A stretch of DNA of 64,000 nucleotides from an uncultured virus (IMG/VR IMGVR_UViG_3300020173_001350) (Duplodnaviria > Heunggongvirae > Uroviricota > Caudoviricetes). Both the position numbers and the translations under genes were made by a program. The notes below the pieces were generated by a model. It saw nothing but the letters and a program-made list of their open reading frames with translations. It did not search any database and was not told the DNA's origin. Below, one piece after another: positions 37,774-48,170 of the stretch. The stretch is taken from IMG/VR virus record IMGVR_UViG_3300020173_001350; one strand, given 5' to 3'. Position 1 is the first letter of the stretch, and each line of letters opens with the position of its first letter.

Positions 37774-40308
37774 TTATCCAAAGAAATCTTCAAGTGTGTT
37801 AATTTTTTCAGCATTCCAACCAATCGCATCAAGGATTGATCCAATCGGACTGAGGAACACCTTTTCAAATTGTTTATCATAGTCAATGTAGTTTGTCAAC
37901 TCAAATTCTTTAGGTAATGCTCCTGGAAACGAAATAATGTTTTCACGGATAGGATTTGGCATTTTCAAGTAAACAAACTTGATCTTGTCACCACCAGCAA
38001 TTGAGTCATACCGTTTATTTAGTCCTAGCTGTTTGAGATGATTGTTGTATAGAATACAACCACGAACGTGCATTGGACAACCTTTCTTATAAGAACCTTT
38101 TACTTTGTACTTATCAATGTTATCGGTACCGCTGTTACGTCCGATGTCTTCAGGATTAAGTGTTCGGAATTCTTCACGGAAATCCTGGATGAACTGCTGC
38201 ATTGCTTCTTCACCTTCATTCATAATAACTTTGAATGATTTTTTGAGTTTCTCACGGCATACCTCAGGTGTTGATGAGCGTACTGATTCTAAACCTGTAA
38301 CTGAAATCTTTGGCTCTTCATAGTGAACACCTTCGGAATTCAGTGTATTCATAATGTACCGTTTCTTAGCAATAAACACCGACTTATCAGTAATCTTTTC
38401 TCGTTTCATACCCATTGCTTGGCGATAGGCGCCCATCTTCTTTGCGAGTTCTTCATAACCAGCATCAATCACTGGTTCAATTTTCATTTGGCAAACTTTG
38501 TCGAGGAACTCCTCACCTTTCTTGCGGTCAACATCAACAGTACCAAATGCTGATTCTACAATCGGTGCCATATCAACATAGATTGAGTCGGTATCAATAT
38601 ATACGATATAGTCAGTATCAGTTTTAAGGATCTTGTTGAGATAATTGTTTACTGACTTTTGAGCATACCGAATAGACAATTGACCTGAGGTTGTAATTGC
38701 TTCAGCCATATCGTTAATATAATATAGGAAGTAAACATTTGCCATAGCACCATATAGTGAGTTCATACTAATTTTGATAGCCATCTGTGAGTTATGTAAT
38801 TGGTTTGCTTTACGTTTCAATTGTTCTTTGATAGCAGGATCGGTTGCATTCTCGAGTTCTTGTTCAACACCGAGCATTTCTTTTTTGATGATCTTACGAT
38901 TACCATAATACTCATTAATGATTTCAGGAATAATGCCGATATGCTCATTAGTAAAACAAGCACCATTGGCAGCAACGGACATATTCTCACGGCTTGATTG
39001 ATATTTACCACTCAATACCATATCCTGTGATACGTTTTCACGCTCATCCTCAAGGTAGGTTTCAGGTGACATATTATATTGTAGCATCAAGTGCGGATAC
39101 AGTGAGTTCAAATCAAATGATACAATCCATGGGTGCATACCAACTCTAGGATCTTTTACATAACCGCCAACCAATTCTCCAGCACGTTGACCTGGACCAC
39201 CTTTGATTGGTGGGATACGTTTTTCTTTAATCAGTTTACGATACAAGGTTGTTTCCCAAATACCAACTGTACCAAATGCATCACCATAGTTAACACCGCC
39301 GCCATATGCAACGGTCATAACCAATTCAAGTAATGATGTTTCATCTTCAAACCGTTGGATCAGCCAAGTATCTTTAAGGTTATAGTCGAGATATAGTTGA
39401 GGATTTTGCTCATACAAATTAGTTAGGTTACCGTATTCAGAGTAATCCATTTTCTTTTCACCAAGCACAACGTATGCAATATGGTCAAGTTTCCATGATT
39501 CTTGTGGGCCGTACTTGTAACCAAATTTCTTGAAGGCATCCATATAGTCGATAATGGTAATTCCGCTGATACGATATGATCCTTGATCTTTACCAAAGAA
39601 CTCGCGGGAATACGGTCGGACCGAACGCCATGGTGACAATTCTTTAACCTTTTCTTCACCTAATAGGTTTTTCATACGAGTAATAATATATTGAATGTCA
39701 AAGAATTCAACATTCCAACCTGTAACAATATCAGGATAGTCATTTACCCATATACTAATAAACCGTTTGAGTAATGCTTCTTCGGTATCAAACTGCATCC
39801 ACAGAATATCATCAGTATCAATATTAGTTAAGGTCTTGTGCTTATCATATTCTTTTCGGCCGAGCAAGTGATATGTGTTTGACTTTGAAGATTTATATGC
39901 GATGGAAGTGATTTCCTTGTCCGCAGTATCCATGTTAGGATACCCATCAGCAATATCCACCTCAATATCAAAACTGACAATGTTAATGAGCGTTGGATCA
40001 AATTTAATTTCATTAGGATACTTTTCTTGAATAAATTGTGAAACATAATTTGTATTACCACATATCTCAAGTCCGTGAACACCTTTATACTTTTCGGTGA
40101 ACTCCTTGGCATCTTTCATACTATCTTGCAACATTGGCTTGATTGGTGCCTTTGTAAACAGTGACTGGTATTCTGATTCTTTTTGTTGTGTGGTGATATA
40201 CAGAGTTGGTTGATACTTTACTTTGCGTTCAAACCGTTTACCGTTTTCATAACCGCGCCATAGGATGGTATTACCGAAACGCTCAACTGAGGTGTAAAAA
40301 TTAGACAT
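37774..40308 (-). CDS. gp43: family B DNA polymerase
   Basis: FDIEV exonuclease, SFDLNSLYP, KISMNSLYG, YIDTDS. Confidence 0.97.
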   Translation of the reverse strand: MSNFYTSVERFGNTILWRGYENGKRFERKVKYQPTLYITTQQKESEYQSLFTKAPIKPMLQDSMKDAKEFTEKYKGVHGLEICGNTNYVSQFIQEKYPNEIKFDPTLINIVSFDIEVDIADGYPNMDTADKEITSIAYKSSKSNTYHLLGRKEYDKHKTLTNIDTDDILWMQFDTEEALLKRFISIWVNDYPDIVTGWNVEFFDIQYIITRMKNLLGEEKVKELSPWRSVRPYSREFFGKDQGSYRISGITIIDYMDAFKKFGYKYGPQESWKLDHIAYVVLGEKKMDYSEYGNLTNLYEQNPQLYLDYNLKDTWLIQRFEDETSLLELVMTVAYGGGVNYGDAFGTVGIWETTLYRKLIKEKRIPPIKGGPGQRAGELVGGYVKDPRVGMHPWIVSFDLNSLYPHLMLQYNMSPETYLEDERENVSQDMVLSGKYQSSRENMSVAANGACFTNEHIGIIPEIINEYYGNRKIIKKEMLGVEQELENATDPAIKEQLKRKANQLHNSQMAIKISMNSLYGAMANVYFLYYINDMAEAITTSGQLSIRYAQKSVNNYLNKILKTDTDYIVYIDTDSIYVDMAPIVESAFGTVDVDRKKGEEFLDKVCQMKIEPVIDAGYEELAKKMGAYRQAMGMKREKITDKSVFIAKKRYIMNTLNSEGVHYEEPKISVTGLESVRSSTPEVCREKLKKSFKVIMNEGEEAMQQFIQDFREEFRTLNPEDIGRNSGTDNIDKYKVKGSYKKGCPMHVRGCILYNNHLKQLGLNKRYDSIAGGDKIKFVYLKMPNPIRENIISFPGALPKEFELTNYIDYDKQFEKVFLSPIGSILDAIGWNAEKINTLEDFFG

Positions 40309-40361
40309 GGATATCCTTTCAATGTTATGTCCATACTATAACAGATTTCCGTTTCTGTCAA

Positions 40362-41075
40362 CTACTTTTTTGTCAAATATATCATCCAACAGGAACCCCA
40401 ACCGATTGGCCATTTGCCTTTGATCCACGAATCATTCCACATCTTTGTTTTATGTTCAGGTTTAAGGAAATTCAATTGAAATCCTGCCTGTTGTAATTTT
40501 GGTAGTAGCTTTTCTCTCATTTTGATAAACATATCAGGTGCAGACGGTGATGCATCAAGGTGCACTTCCATTGCAATGTGTTTTACGTTATTTGATAGAA
40601 AATCCCAATTCTCCTCATTAAACATATTGAACTCGCCACCTTCGCAATCAACTTTAAGATAATCTAGGTATTGTATTTCAAGGCGTTTAATCAATTCTTT
40701 AAATGATAACATAGGAACACTACCTTTATCAAAGTCGCCAAACCCGTTTTCAATATTTCCACCGACAAACGCATTCGTAACAGACAGAGGGCTTGTCTTT
40801 TTATTTACGATATGCGGCATAGCATTATGAAAAATGGTTTCAATAAGAATAGGGTTTGGCTCTACAGCATATACCTTTGCTGCTCCTTGATCCAGTGCTT
40901 TGCAGGTAAACATACCATTACAAGCACCGATATCCATAACAATATCACCAGGCTGTACCTTGTACCACCAGTCATATGTGTTCTTAACAAAGAATTCATC
41001 ATATAAGGTTAGTGATGTTTTTAAATCATTAATGCCATTAACTGACATGCCGTTGTGGAGTGTTTTTATATTCAT
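40362..41075 (-). CDS. FkbM-family methyltransferase
   Basis: DIGACNG.F, AVEPN, LKVDCEGGE. Confidence 0.85.
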   Translation of the reverse strand: MNIKTLHNGMSVNGINDLKTSLTLYDEFFVKNTYDWWYKVQPGDIVMDIGACNGMFTCKALDQGAAKVYAVEPNPILIETIFHNAMPHIVNKKTSPLSVTNAFVGGNIENGFGDFDKGSVPMLSFKELIKRLEIQYLDYLKVDCEGGEFNMFNEENWDFLSNNVKHIAMEVHLDASPSAPDMFIKMREKLLPKLQQAGFQLNFLKPEHKTKMWNDSWIKGKWPIGWGSCWMIYLTKK

Positions 41076-42784
41076 GCTGTGATCTCACTAAAATTCTTTA
41101 TTTTCTGAAAACGGATATGGGAATCAAACTTGTCTCCAAACTGATGACCCCGATGACTAATAACAAAAATATTATCATCTGAATTAAGATTGTGTAATGT
41201 ATCAATCAGATTTTCAATACCTACCGAGTCGAGTGCACCGTCAAGTGTTTCATCAAGTAACAATAGATTGGTTGAAACTGAATTGCGTAGTTTGGCAACT
41301 GAACGCCATGCTAACATAATTGATAAGGTAATACGTAGCTTTTCTCCTTCAGAAAACGAAGCATACGAGAATTGGTCACGGAACCTTGATTTGATAACCT
41401 CATTAAAATTTTCATCAAGTTGAAAGTCAACAAACAAGTCAAAGGCACCAAGGTACTTATTAATCAGTTTATTCATTACTGGAATATATTGACGGATGAT
41501 CCGCGTTTTAATACCGCCATCACGTAGCATTGTTTGAACAATATTGAGTACTTCTTTATGGTTAAACAGATCGGTTTGCTCAACCTCATAATTGGTAAGT
41601 GCGTCGGCATATTGCTGCAGCTTTGAAGTATCAACTTCTTCGAGTTCAGCCTCTGCTTGTGTCAATTCATTTTTATATGATACCAATGCAGATTTTGACA
41701 TTTTAATAGTAGCACGGTGTTCACCAATAGTCAAGTTTAGGTCGGTTATTACATCCTCAACCTTAGAGATCTCTTCAATCCTATCAGTATATTCTTTTGC
41801 CTTTTCTGCAAGTTGCACCAACGCTGTTTCAATTTCAGTTTGCTTTTTACTTTTTTCAGTGATAATGTTTTCTTTAAACGTATGCTCAATACCTTGCTTA
41901 CAGGTTGGGCAATTATCATGGTCATGGTAAAATGCTAATTCTTTTGCATGTCCACGTAGTGATGATTCGAGATCTCGCCTAATGCTTTTTGCTTTTTCCA
42001 ATTTAGACTTTTGGGAAGCTTTATCGGATATTGTGGATGTGAGGGTTGTAATATTATCCTGGAGAATTCCAATGCTTTCTGTTTCTCCTTCAATTTTTGC
42101 AATGTGCTCGGACATTTTAAGCCGAACTTTGTCCACTTCAGCTTCTCGAATTTTACGAATTGATGCATTGTGTTCCTTTGCTTGGCTCAATTTTGATTCG
42201 GTTAAATCCATTTGATAACTGTTTTCAGTGATCTGTTCTTTGTTTGAATTAACTTTATCTTTAAGTAATAAATTCATTGTACTGAATACCTGAATGTCTA
42301 ATAGGTCTTCAATAATATCACGGCGTGTATGAGCAGGTAATTCCATAAAAGGAACATATGTTGCTGAACCCAATACAACAATTTGATTAAACGATTTATA
42401 ATTTAAGTTTAAAATGTTTTGTTCAAGATATGCCTGATAGTCACGTGAGGCAGCATCCTGATTAATCATTTCACCGTTTTTCCATATCTCAAAGATATTT
42501 GGCTTAATACCACGACGGATCATAAAGTTATTCTGACCGATCTGAAATGCTATCTCAACAACAGTTTCACGGCCGTTAATACTATTAATCAATTGTGCTT
42601 TATTAACTTTACGGAATGCTTTGCCATACAAACCAAATACGATAGCATCAAGTAATGTTGATTTACCGCTACCGTTTGTACCACTAATAAGTGTGGTTCT
42701 GCTGAGATTTAATGGAATAACCGTCCATGAATTACCCGAAGATAACAAGTTTTTATAACGAACTTCTTTAAATACAATCTTCAT
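41072..42784 (-). CDS. gp46: recombination endonuclease ATPase subunit (Rad50/SbcC-like)
   Basis: GTNGSGKST, CPTC hook, FSEGEK, LLDE. Confidence 0.95.
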   Translation of the reverse strand: MKIVFKEVRYKNLLSSGNSWTVIPLNLSRTTLISGTNGSGKSTLLDAIVFGLYGKAFRKVNKAQLINSINGRETVVEIAFQIGQNNFMIRRGIKPNIFEIWKNGEMINQDAASRDYQAYLEQNILNLNYKSFNQIVVLGSATYVPFMELPAHTRRDIIEDLLDIQVFSTMNLLLKDKVNSNKEQITENSYQMDLTESKLSQAKEHNASIRKIREAEVDKVRLKMSEHIAKIEGETESIGILQDNITTLTSTISDKASQKSKLEKAKSIRRDLESSLRGHAKELAFYHDHDNCPTCKQGIEHTFKENIITEKSKKQTEIETALVQLAEKAKEYTDRIEEISKVEDVITDLNLTIGEHRATIKMSKSALVSYKNELTQAEAELEEVDTSKLQQYADALTNYEVEQTDLFNHKEVLNIVQTMLRDGGIKTRIIRQYIPVMNKLINKYLGAFDLFVDFQLDENFNEVIKSRFRDQFSYASFSEGEKLRITLSIMLAWRSVAKLRNSVSTNLLLLDETLDGALDSVGIENLIDTLHNLNSDDNIFVISHRGHQFGDKFDSHIRFQKIKNFSEITA

Positions 42785-43845
42785 GCTATCTGCTGTGCCT
42801 CAATATATAACTCATCAATTACTTTAAGAATATTTCCTTTATCAACACTTGTATCAATTGATTCAATATATTGATGTAAAATATCCTTTGTGTCTTTTGT
42901 TTCATCTAGGATCTCATCAACTCCTGCATCTTCAAGGTTTAACGAGTCCTCAATTGCTTTTACATCGGCAGCACCCGAGTCGGTAAGCTTATTCATAAAC
43001 AGATCATAGATATACGGATTTGATCTTGTCTTTACGATTACTTTAATGTATGTATCTTTAATTGCCGAAACATCAAGGTTAGCAATATCTTCAATTGTCA
43101 TATCGGTATCATCATAGTCAATTTTATTATATACCGCATATGGATTAAGAACCCATTCAAGCTCACGTGTTTCAGTATCAAGAACACGGAAACCACGTCG
43201 ACCTTCATAATCCGACCAAGTCATTTCATATGGTGCACCAAGATATTTGATATTTCCATATTCTGATGGATGATGAAAGTGTCCTGAGTATACTTGTTCA
43301 AAATGTGTAAAGATTTCACGCGTCAACCCGTGGTCATTGATAGCTCCTTTGAGCATTTCAAATCCTTGGATTGAAAAGTGACCCATACAAATATTTGCTT
43401 TTGATTCTGCCATTGTAGTCATAGTGTCTTCTGAATTATCTTTTGTAATCCATGGAACCATTATAACATCGGTTGAGCCAAATGTCAACTCAACAGGTTT
43501 ACTTTCGTAAATATGGAACTTGCTATATTCTTGAAGTAACAACCGCATTGAATTGATTTCGTTTGTATTTGTATAGTATACCGAATGATTACCAACGATT
43601 GCGTGGTATTCAATCTCACGTTTTGCTAGCTGGTCAAAAAACATCTTTTTAGCACGGTCAAGCGTAACGTAATTAACAAACTTGCGTCGGTCAAACGTAT
43701 CACCTAAATCGAGTACTGTTTTAATGTTGTGCTCATCAATATACGGAAAGAATACTTCATTAAAGAACCTTTCCTGATGATCCAGAAATACTTTAGAGTC
43801 ACCACGTACACCAATGTGCATATCAGTAATAATTGCTATTTTCAT
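42781..43845 (-). CDS. gp47: recombination endonuclease subunit (Mre11/SbcD-like)
   Basis: TDMHIG, LGDTFD, GNH, SGHFH. Confidence 0.95.
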   Translation of the reverse strand: MKIAIITDMHIGVRGDSKVFLDHQERFFNEVFFPYIDEHNIKTVLDLGDTFDRRKFVNYVTLDRAKKMFFDQLAKREIEYHAIVGNHSVYYTNTNEINSMRLLLQEYSKFHIYESKPVELTFGSTDVIMVPWITKDNSEDTMTTMAESKANICMGHFSIQGFEMLKGAINDHGLTREIFTHFEQVYSGHFHHPSEYGNIKYLGAPYEMTWSDYEGRRGFRVLDTETRELEWVLNPYAVYNKIDYDDTDMTIEDIANLDVSAIKDTYIKVIVKTRSNPYIYDLFMNKLTDSGAADVKAIEDSLNLEDAGVDEILDETKDTKDILHQYIESIDTSVDKGNILKVIDELYIEAQQIA

Positions 43846-44354
43846 TTCTTTTTCGCTTTATCCTTAGCCAACTTATCTTCAAAATCCTGAACGAACGAGT
43901 TCATATAATCAGCATTTGTTGTTAAGTTAAGAGTTACATCTTCACCTGTATAGGTACCACCTGATGCAAGCATTTGTTGAGATGATTTAAAACGAATATA
44001 CATTTGCTTCTTTTCTTTTTGAATACGGCGTAGAAATGCGAACCAAATAATTTGTGTGAAGTAAGCAAACGGGTTTTGAGATTTCTCAGGATTAAAGTTA
44101 TTAATATATTGTAGACAATTCTCAATACCGTCACTAATCATATCTTCCTTATACGAATAGCCACTAAAATTTGGTTTAGTTGCCAATCGTGTTGCGATCT
44201 GATAAATGCATTTGCCGATATAGTCAGGAACACGTGGAATTTCATCACCACTGTCCTCTGCTTCTTTAATCCGTCCTTTGTATGCAATCAATGCTTCATA
44301 TAAGTCTTTATTGTTGACGTAATTTTTCTTACGAGGTTTCGTAGGTTTTCCCAT
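43842..44354 (-). CDS. gp55: late transcription sigma factor
   Basis: YVNNKD, KPNFSGYSY.EDMISDGIENC, NPFAYFTQ...AFLRRI.KEK. Confidence 0.95.
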   Translation of the reverse strand: MGKPTKPRKKNYVNNKDLYEALIAYKGRIKEAEDSGDEIPRVPDYIGKCIYQIATRLATKPNFSGYSYKEDMISDGIENCLQYINNFNPEKSQNPFAYFTQIIWFAFLRRIQKEKKQMYIRFKSSQQMLASGGTYTGEDVTLNLTTNADYMNSFVQDFEDKLAKDKAKKK

Positions 44355-44448
44355 TACGGTATCCTCCTTTACTGAGATTAGTTTTAATATATCGCAACTC
44401 TGTGGTATTGTCAATGGATTTTTTTTCTAACATAACTGAAATTAACTA

Positions 44449-44476
44449 TTGACAAATATTCCAGACTGTGTATAAT
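44449..44476 (+). promoter_or_regulatory. orphan sigma70-type promoter facing antisense into uvsW
   Basis: TTGACA-16 nt-TATAAT with TGTG just upstream of the -10. Confidence 0.55.
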
Positions 44477-44500
44477 AGCATTTATGCTCTATAAACAATA

Positions 44501-45994
44501 TTATATGTTAACAGTATAAATTTTATAATTAAATTGTTCGGATCCATATATTTCAATGCGTTTGCGGAAATGTTTCAGAGTATAGTTTTCAAATGATCCT
44601 GAAGATAAATCATCGGTAATATCATATAGTGTTGCCTTGTCCGCATCATTACCCTTACGGAGTGCGCGTCCAATTGATTGTAATACTTTAATTTCAGATT
44701 TAGAACCAGATGCAAATATCACATTATCGAGTTTCTTAAGGTTGACGCCAGTCGAAAATACACCATAGGATGCAAGGATATCGTGCTGTTTAACTGGATC
44801 ATTTTCTACGAGATTTCTAATCCGCTCACGCTCATCACCTTTAGTTCCACCATATACAAAATGCAAGCAACGGTCGTCTCTCCGAAGGAGTGGCTCTAAC
44901 ACTTTACCATGTTTTTCAACGAGATCAAATAATACAAGATTATTCTGATCTTTAAGTGACCAAAGTAAGTTCCGAATGAATATATTTCTTTTATTGTTAT
45001 TAATAATGAACTCACGTTCTGCGGGATACTTACGGCTTGTATCTTGAACAGATCTCAATGCTTTTCTGAAATCCTTTTTGGTCTCAGGTGTATAGTTCAA
45101 TACAATTGCCTTAACATTAAAGTCAGCGACAGTACCTGCGTCCATCAAATCTTTTGTTGATACAAATTTCTTTACCTGCCCGAAACATCCTTCAAGAACA
45201 AGTCGGTGTGTTTTTGATTCTGATGCTTTCAATGTACCGGTAAATCCATGGCGATATTTACAGTCGGTCAACTTTTCCATAATCTTAGTGAGTGATTTTG
45301 CCTGGAACAAGTGAGCTTCATCACCAAGGACAACACGAAATTGGTCAAACCATGCCTTAGGTAATTTAATAAGTGACTGCCATGTTGATATAACAATAGG
45401 TGCATTAGTGTTCTTATCCACACCACCTTTAATTGTATAGATGTCTTTAGGATCACAGCCATAATCTGCAAAGTCACCTTGCATCTGATATACCAATGAA
45501 ATTGTCGGAACAATAATCAAAGTACGGTGACCATATGCTTGATGATAATGTTGTTGTAGTAAATAGATTATTAACGATTTACCCGAGGAGGTTGGTGATA
45601 CTGAAAGTGATCTGTTATTACGAATAGCATTTACAATGTACTCGTTTTGATAATCACGTGGTTCAAATTTACAGCTGATCTCACGAGCAATTTCGTATCC
45701 ATAATCATCAGGAACAGGTTCTTGGTCATATAACTCACCATCAATATTGAGTTGATACTCTCGATCTTCACAGAATTTTTGGAGGTAAGATAATAGACCT
45801 ACATATAACGTAGGACGCATTGGTTGATACAAACGAATATATCCATCCCACACACGGTTCTTATATGAAGGCACAAATTGATAGCCGTCAGGTCGAAACG
45901 AGAAATAATTCATAATCTCTTGCCGTGTTGACGGATCAGCAGTTACTTTCATATGAACCGCATTAATTGGTTCTACATTAACAATTTCAGTCAT
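44501..45994 (-). CDS. uvsW: SF2 DNA helicase
   Basis: PTSSGKS, DEAH, GFTGT, QSIGR.LR. Confidence 0.95.
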   Translation of the reverse strand: MTEIVNVEPINAVHMKVTADPSTRQEIMNYFSFRPDGYQFVPSYKNRVWDGYIRLYQPMRPTLYVGLLSYLQKFCEDREYQLNIDGELYDQEPVPDDYGYEIAREISCKFEPRDYQNEYIVNAIRNNRSLSVSPTSSGKSLIIYLLQQHYHQAYGHRTLIIVPTISLVYQMQGDFADYGCDPKDIYTIKGGVDKNTNAPIVISTWQSLIKLPKAWFDQFRVVLGDEAHLFQAKSLTKIMEKLTDCKYRHGFTGTLKASESKTHRLVLEGCFGQVKKFVSTKDLMDAGTVADFNVKAIVLNYTPETKKDFRKALRSVQDTSRKYPAEREFIINNNKRNIFIRNLLWSLKDQNNLVLFDLVEKHGKVLEPLLRRDDRCLHFVYGGTKGDERERIRNLVENDPVKQHDILASYGVFSTGVNLKKLDNVIFASGSKSEIKVLQSIGRALRKGNDADKATLYDITDDLSSGSFENYTLKHFRKRIEIYGSEQFNYKIYTVNI

Positions 45995-46000
45995 ATCATC

Positions 46001-46264
46001 CTATACTTCAATATTTACAAATTCACCTTCAGTATGAGCAATAGGAACAGCATTACCGTATGGGTCATAGCGGGCTATTGCCTGTTGTTTGAGTGTATTT
46101 ATCTCTTCAACCCGTTCTTCAATTTCTTTGATTTGATTGAGTTCAAGTTCAGTGCGTGTAGCTGCTTCAACCACACGAAGCCGTTCTTTTTCCAATGGAG
46201 GTTTAATGTTTTCAGAATTTGGGTAAATAGCAGGATGCCCATATACATTAGTAATTTCTGTCAT
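46001..46264 (-). CDS. hypothetical protein
   Basis: ORF between uvsY and uvsW. Confidence 0.55.
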   Translation of the reverse strand: MTEITNVYGHPAIYPNSENIKPPLEKERLRVVEAATRTELELNQIKEIEERVEEINTLKQQAIARYDPYGNAVPIAHTEGEFVNIEV

Positions 46265-46701
46265 TAATAATCTCCTGCTTGGAATTTCATAATATCAATA
46301 ATATTTTTTACAATAAAATTTCTACTATGAATGGTTTTAATAATATCTTCAAGAAAGTTAGCACGTGCAGAATGATAATCAATTTTTAAACTTAAATTAA
46401 TAATATCCTTATCCGCTTGTAGATATTTATTCATATCCTGTCTAATAATTTTCTTTTGGTATGGTTTCCAACCTCGCTCGGCTAAATCTTCCATTGCCAT
46501 AGAACCATCAAACCATTCAGTCTTTGCCATTTCCAATTCTTTATAATCAGCCTTAAGCTTTTTAACTTTAAGTGCTTCTTTGTAATATAAATTGTAATAC
46601 TTGTTATGTAGCTCAGGAATTCTTTTTGATTCACCGGCTAAATTTGTTTCGTCAATTTTGCAGTCAACCGACCATAACGCACTTATATCATCAGTACTCA
46701 T
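46264..46701 (-). CDS. uvsY: recombination mediator
   Basis: IPELHNKY, YLQAD, I..R.F..KN.I....F.AG; gp3-uvsY-uvsW synteny. Confidence 0.88.
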   Translation of the reverse strand: MSTDDISALWSVDCKIDETNLAGESKRIPELHNKYYNLYYKEALKVKKLKADYKELEMAKTEWFDGSMAMEDLAERGWKPYQKKIIRQDMNKYLQADKDIINLSLKIDYHSARANFLEDIIKTIHSRNFIVKNIIDIMKFQAGDY

Positions 46702-46755
46702 TCTTTACCTCACTATTTCAATCATATATGATTCTAACACAGAATTAGAATTTTG

Positions 46756-47244
46756 TCAACTAACTTGTGTGAGTTTAAATCCGTTATGTCTCATTGTAAC
46801 TGTTGCCTCGGGATATACAATATCTTGTTGTGTTATATCAAGGCTTAACGGTGATAAAATTGTTGGGAAACAATCGGTAAACGTAAACAGCATATTTGGG
46901 TTTTTATTACTGTTCTCGACAATAATAGTAACATCGGATACGATGCCTTCATCTGCTTTTTCCAAACGAGCAAACTGATCAGTCGTTTCTGATTTGCCTA
47001 ATGATTCCATCCAATATAGGATTTCCTGATAATTTGCCATATTTTCATCAACCACAAAACTTAGATCAAGTTCAGCATATTCGAGTCGATCCGCGGTCTC
47101 ATATAAATTCCTAATAGGTGATGGCCGTGCCACGGGTGACATTGTAACACCTGGGATAATTGTTCGTCGAGTAAAAAACTCAACATTTGGAAGGCGTGAA
47201 ACTGCAACCTTAAAGGAGGTTGGATCAAGATAATTTGTTTGCAT
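46756..47244 (-). CDS. gp3: tail completion/tube terminator protein
   Basis: NYL.P.SF....RLPNVEFF....IPG, F.VDENM.NY.EI..W, F.D.FP. Confidence 0.8.
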   Translation of the reverse strand: MQTNYLDPTSFKVAVSRLPNVEFFTRRTIIPGVTMSPVARPSPIRNLYETADRLEYAELDLSFVVDENMANYQEILYWMESLGKSETTDQFARLEKADEGIVSDVTIIVENSNKNPNMLFTFTDCFPTILSPLSLDITQQDIVYPEATVTMRHNGFKLTQVS

Positions 47245-47256
47245 GGTATTTTCCTA

Positions 47257-47284
47257 TTGACATTTATATAGAATCAGTTAGTAT
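47257..47284 (+). promoter_or_regulatory. early promoter, GAATCAGT class
   Basis: TTGACA-N8-GAATCAGT-TAGTAT at strand switch. Confidence 0.7.
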
Positions 47285-47287
47285 GAG

Positions 47288-47295
47288 TATTTATA
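47288..47295 (-). promoter_or_regulatory. T4-type late promoter for gp3
   Basis: TATAAATA. Confidence 0.7.
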
Positions 47296-47413
47296 ATAAA
47301 TAGCCAACATCAACAACCAAAAGTGGAAAGTGCATGGAGCCCGTATATTTGTGGGACGACCCGTGTGATGATTGCAGCCATTGGATTGGCAACTTATAAT
47401 ATAGGAGACAATA

Positions 47414-48112
47414 ATGAGCGGCAAAGCATTGAATTTATTTATGGATACGAGTGATTTGTGTATGGTAAGCGTAGCTACAATGCATAGAGAATTTTTTGTC
47501 CGAAAAGATTATGAATGGTGGTATAAGGTACAACCCGGTGATATATGTGTGGATGTAGGAGCATGCGTTGGTATGTTTACTGCCCATGCTCTCGACCGAG
47601 GTGCTAAAAAGGTTTATGCGATTGAACCTAACCCAAAATTTTTAAAAGCAATCGTAAATAATACATGGCAGTATGTAATAGACGAGCCTGAACAAAAAGT
47701 TGTACCTATCCCATACGCAATTGGTTCAGAAATGGGTCATACTGATAACGTATTTTATACCGATGAGTTTGAAGTAAAATCATTTGCATATTTCCTTGAC
47801 AGATTCAATATTGATAAAATCGACTATCTTAAAATTGATTGCGAAGGCGGAGAATATGATGTCTTATCAAAGGAAAATCTCGACTTCTGTATTAATAATG
47901 TAAAACACATTGCGGTTGAGTGTCACCTTCGAGCATCAACTGATGGTCCTCAAAAATTCATTAAATTTAGAGAACAATTTCTTCGACCCCTTATTGATAC
48001 ATTGCAATTTGATATGAATTTCATGGAAGATACAATGAAAACTCGGATATGGAATGATGCTGATATTCATGCCATGCGGGGCGAGTTTATGATTTACCTA
48101 ACAAAAAAGTAG
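47414..48112 (+). CDS. FkbM-family methyltransferase (paralogue)
   Basis: DVGACVG.F, AIEPN, LKIDCEGGE. Confidence 0.85.
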   Translation: MSGKALNLFMDTSDLCMVSVATMHREFFVRKDYEWWYKVQPGDICVDVGACVGMFTAHALDRGAKKVYAIEPNPKFLKAIVNNTWQYVIDEPEQKVVPIPYAIGSEMGHTDNVFYTDEFEVKSFAYFLDRFNIDKIDYLKIDCEGGEYDVLSKENLDFCINNVKHIAVECHLRASTDGPQKFIKFREQFLRPLIDTLQFDMNFMEDTMKTRIWNDADIHAMRGEFMIYLTKK

Positions 48113-48170
48113 TTGACAAGTTCTGAAAACTTTGTTAGTATGGTATAAGATAACTAAGGAATGATTCTAT

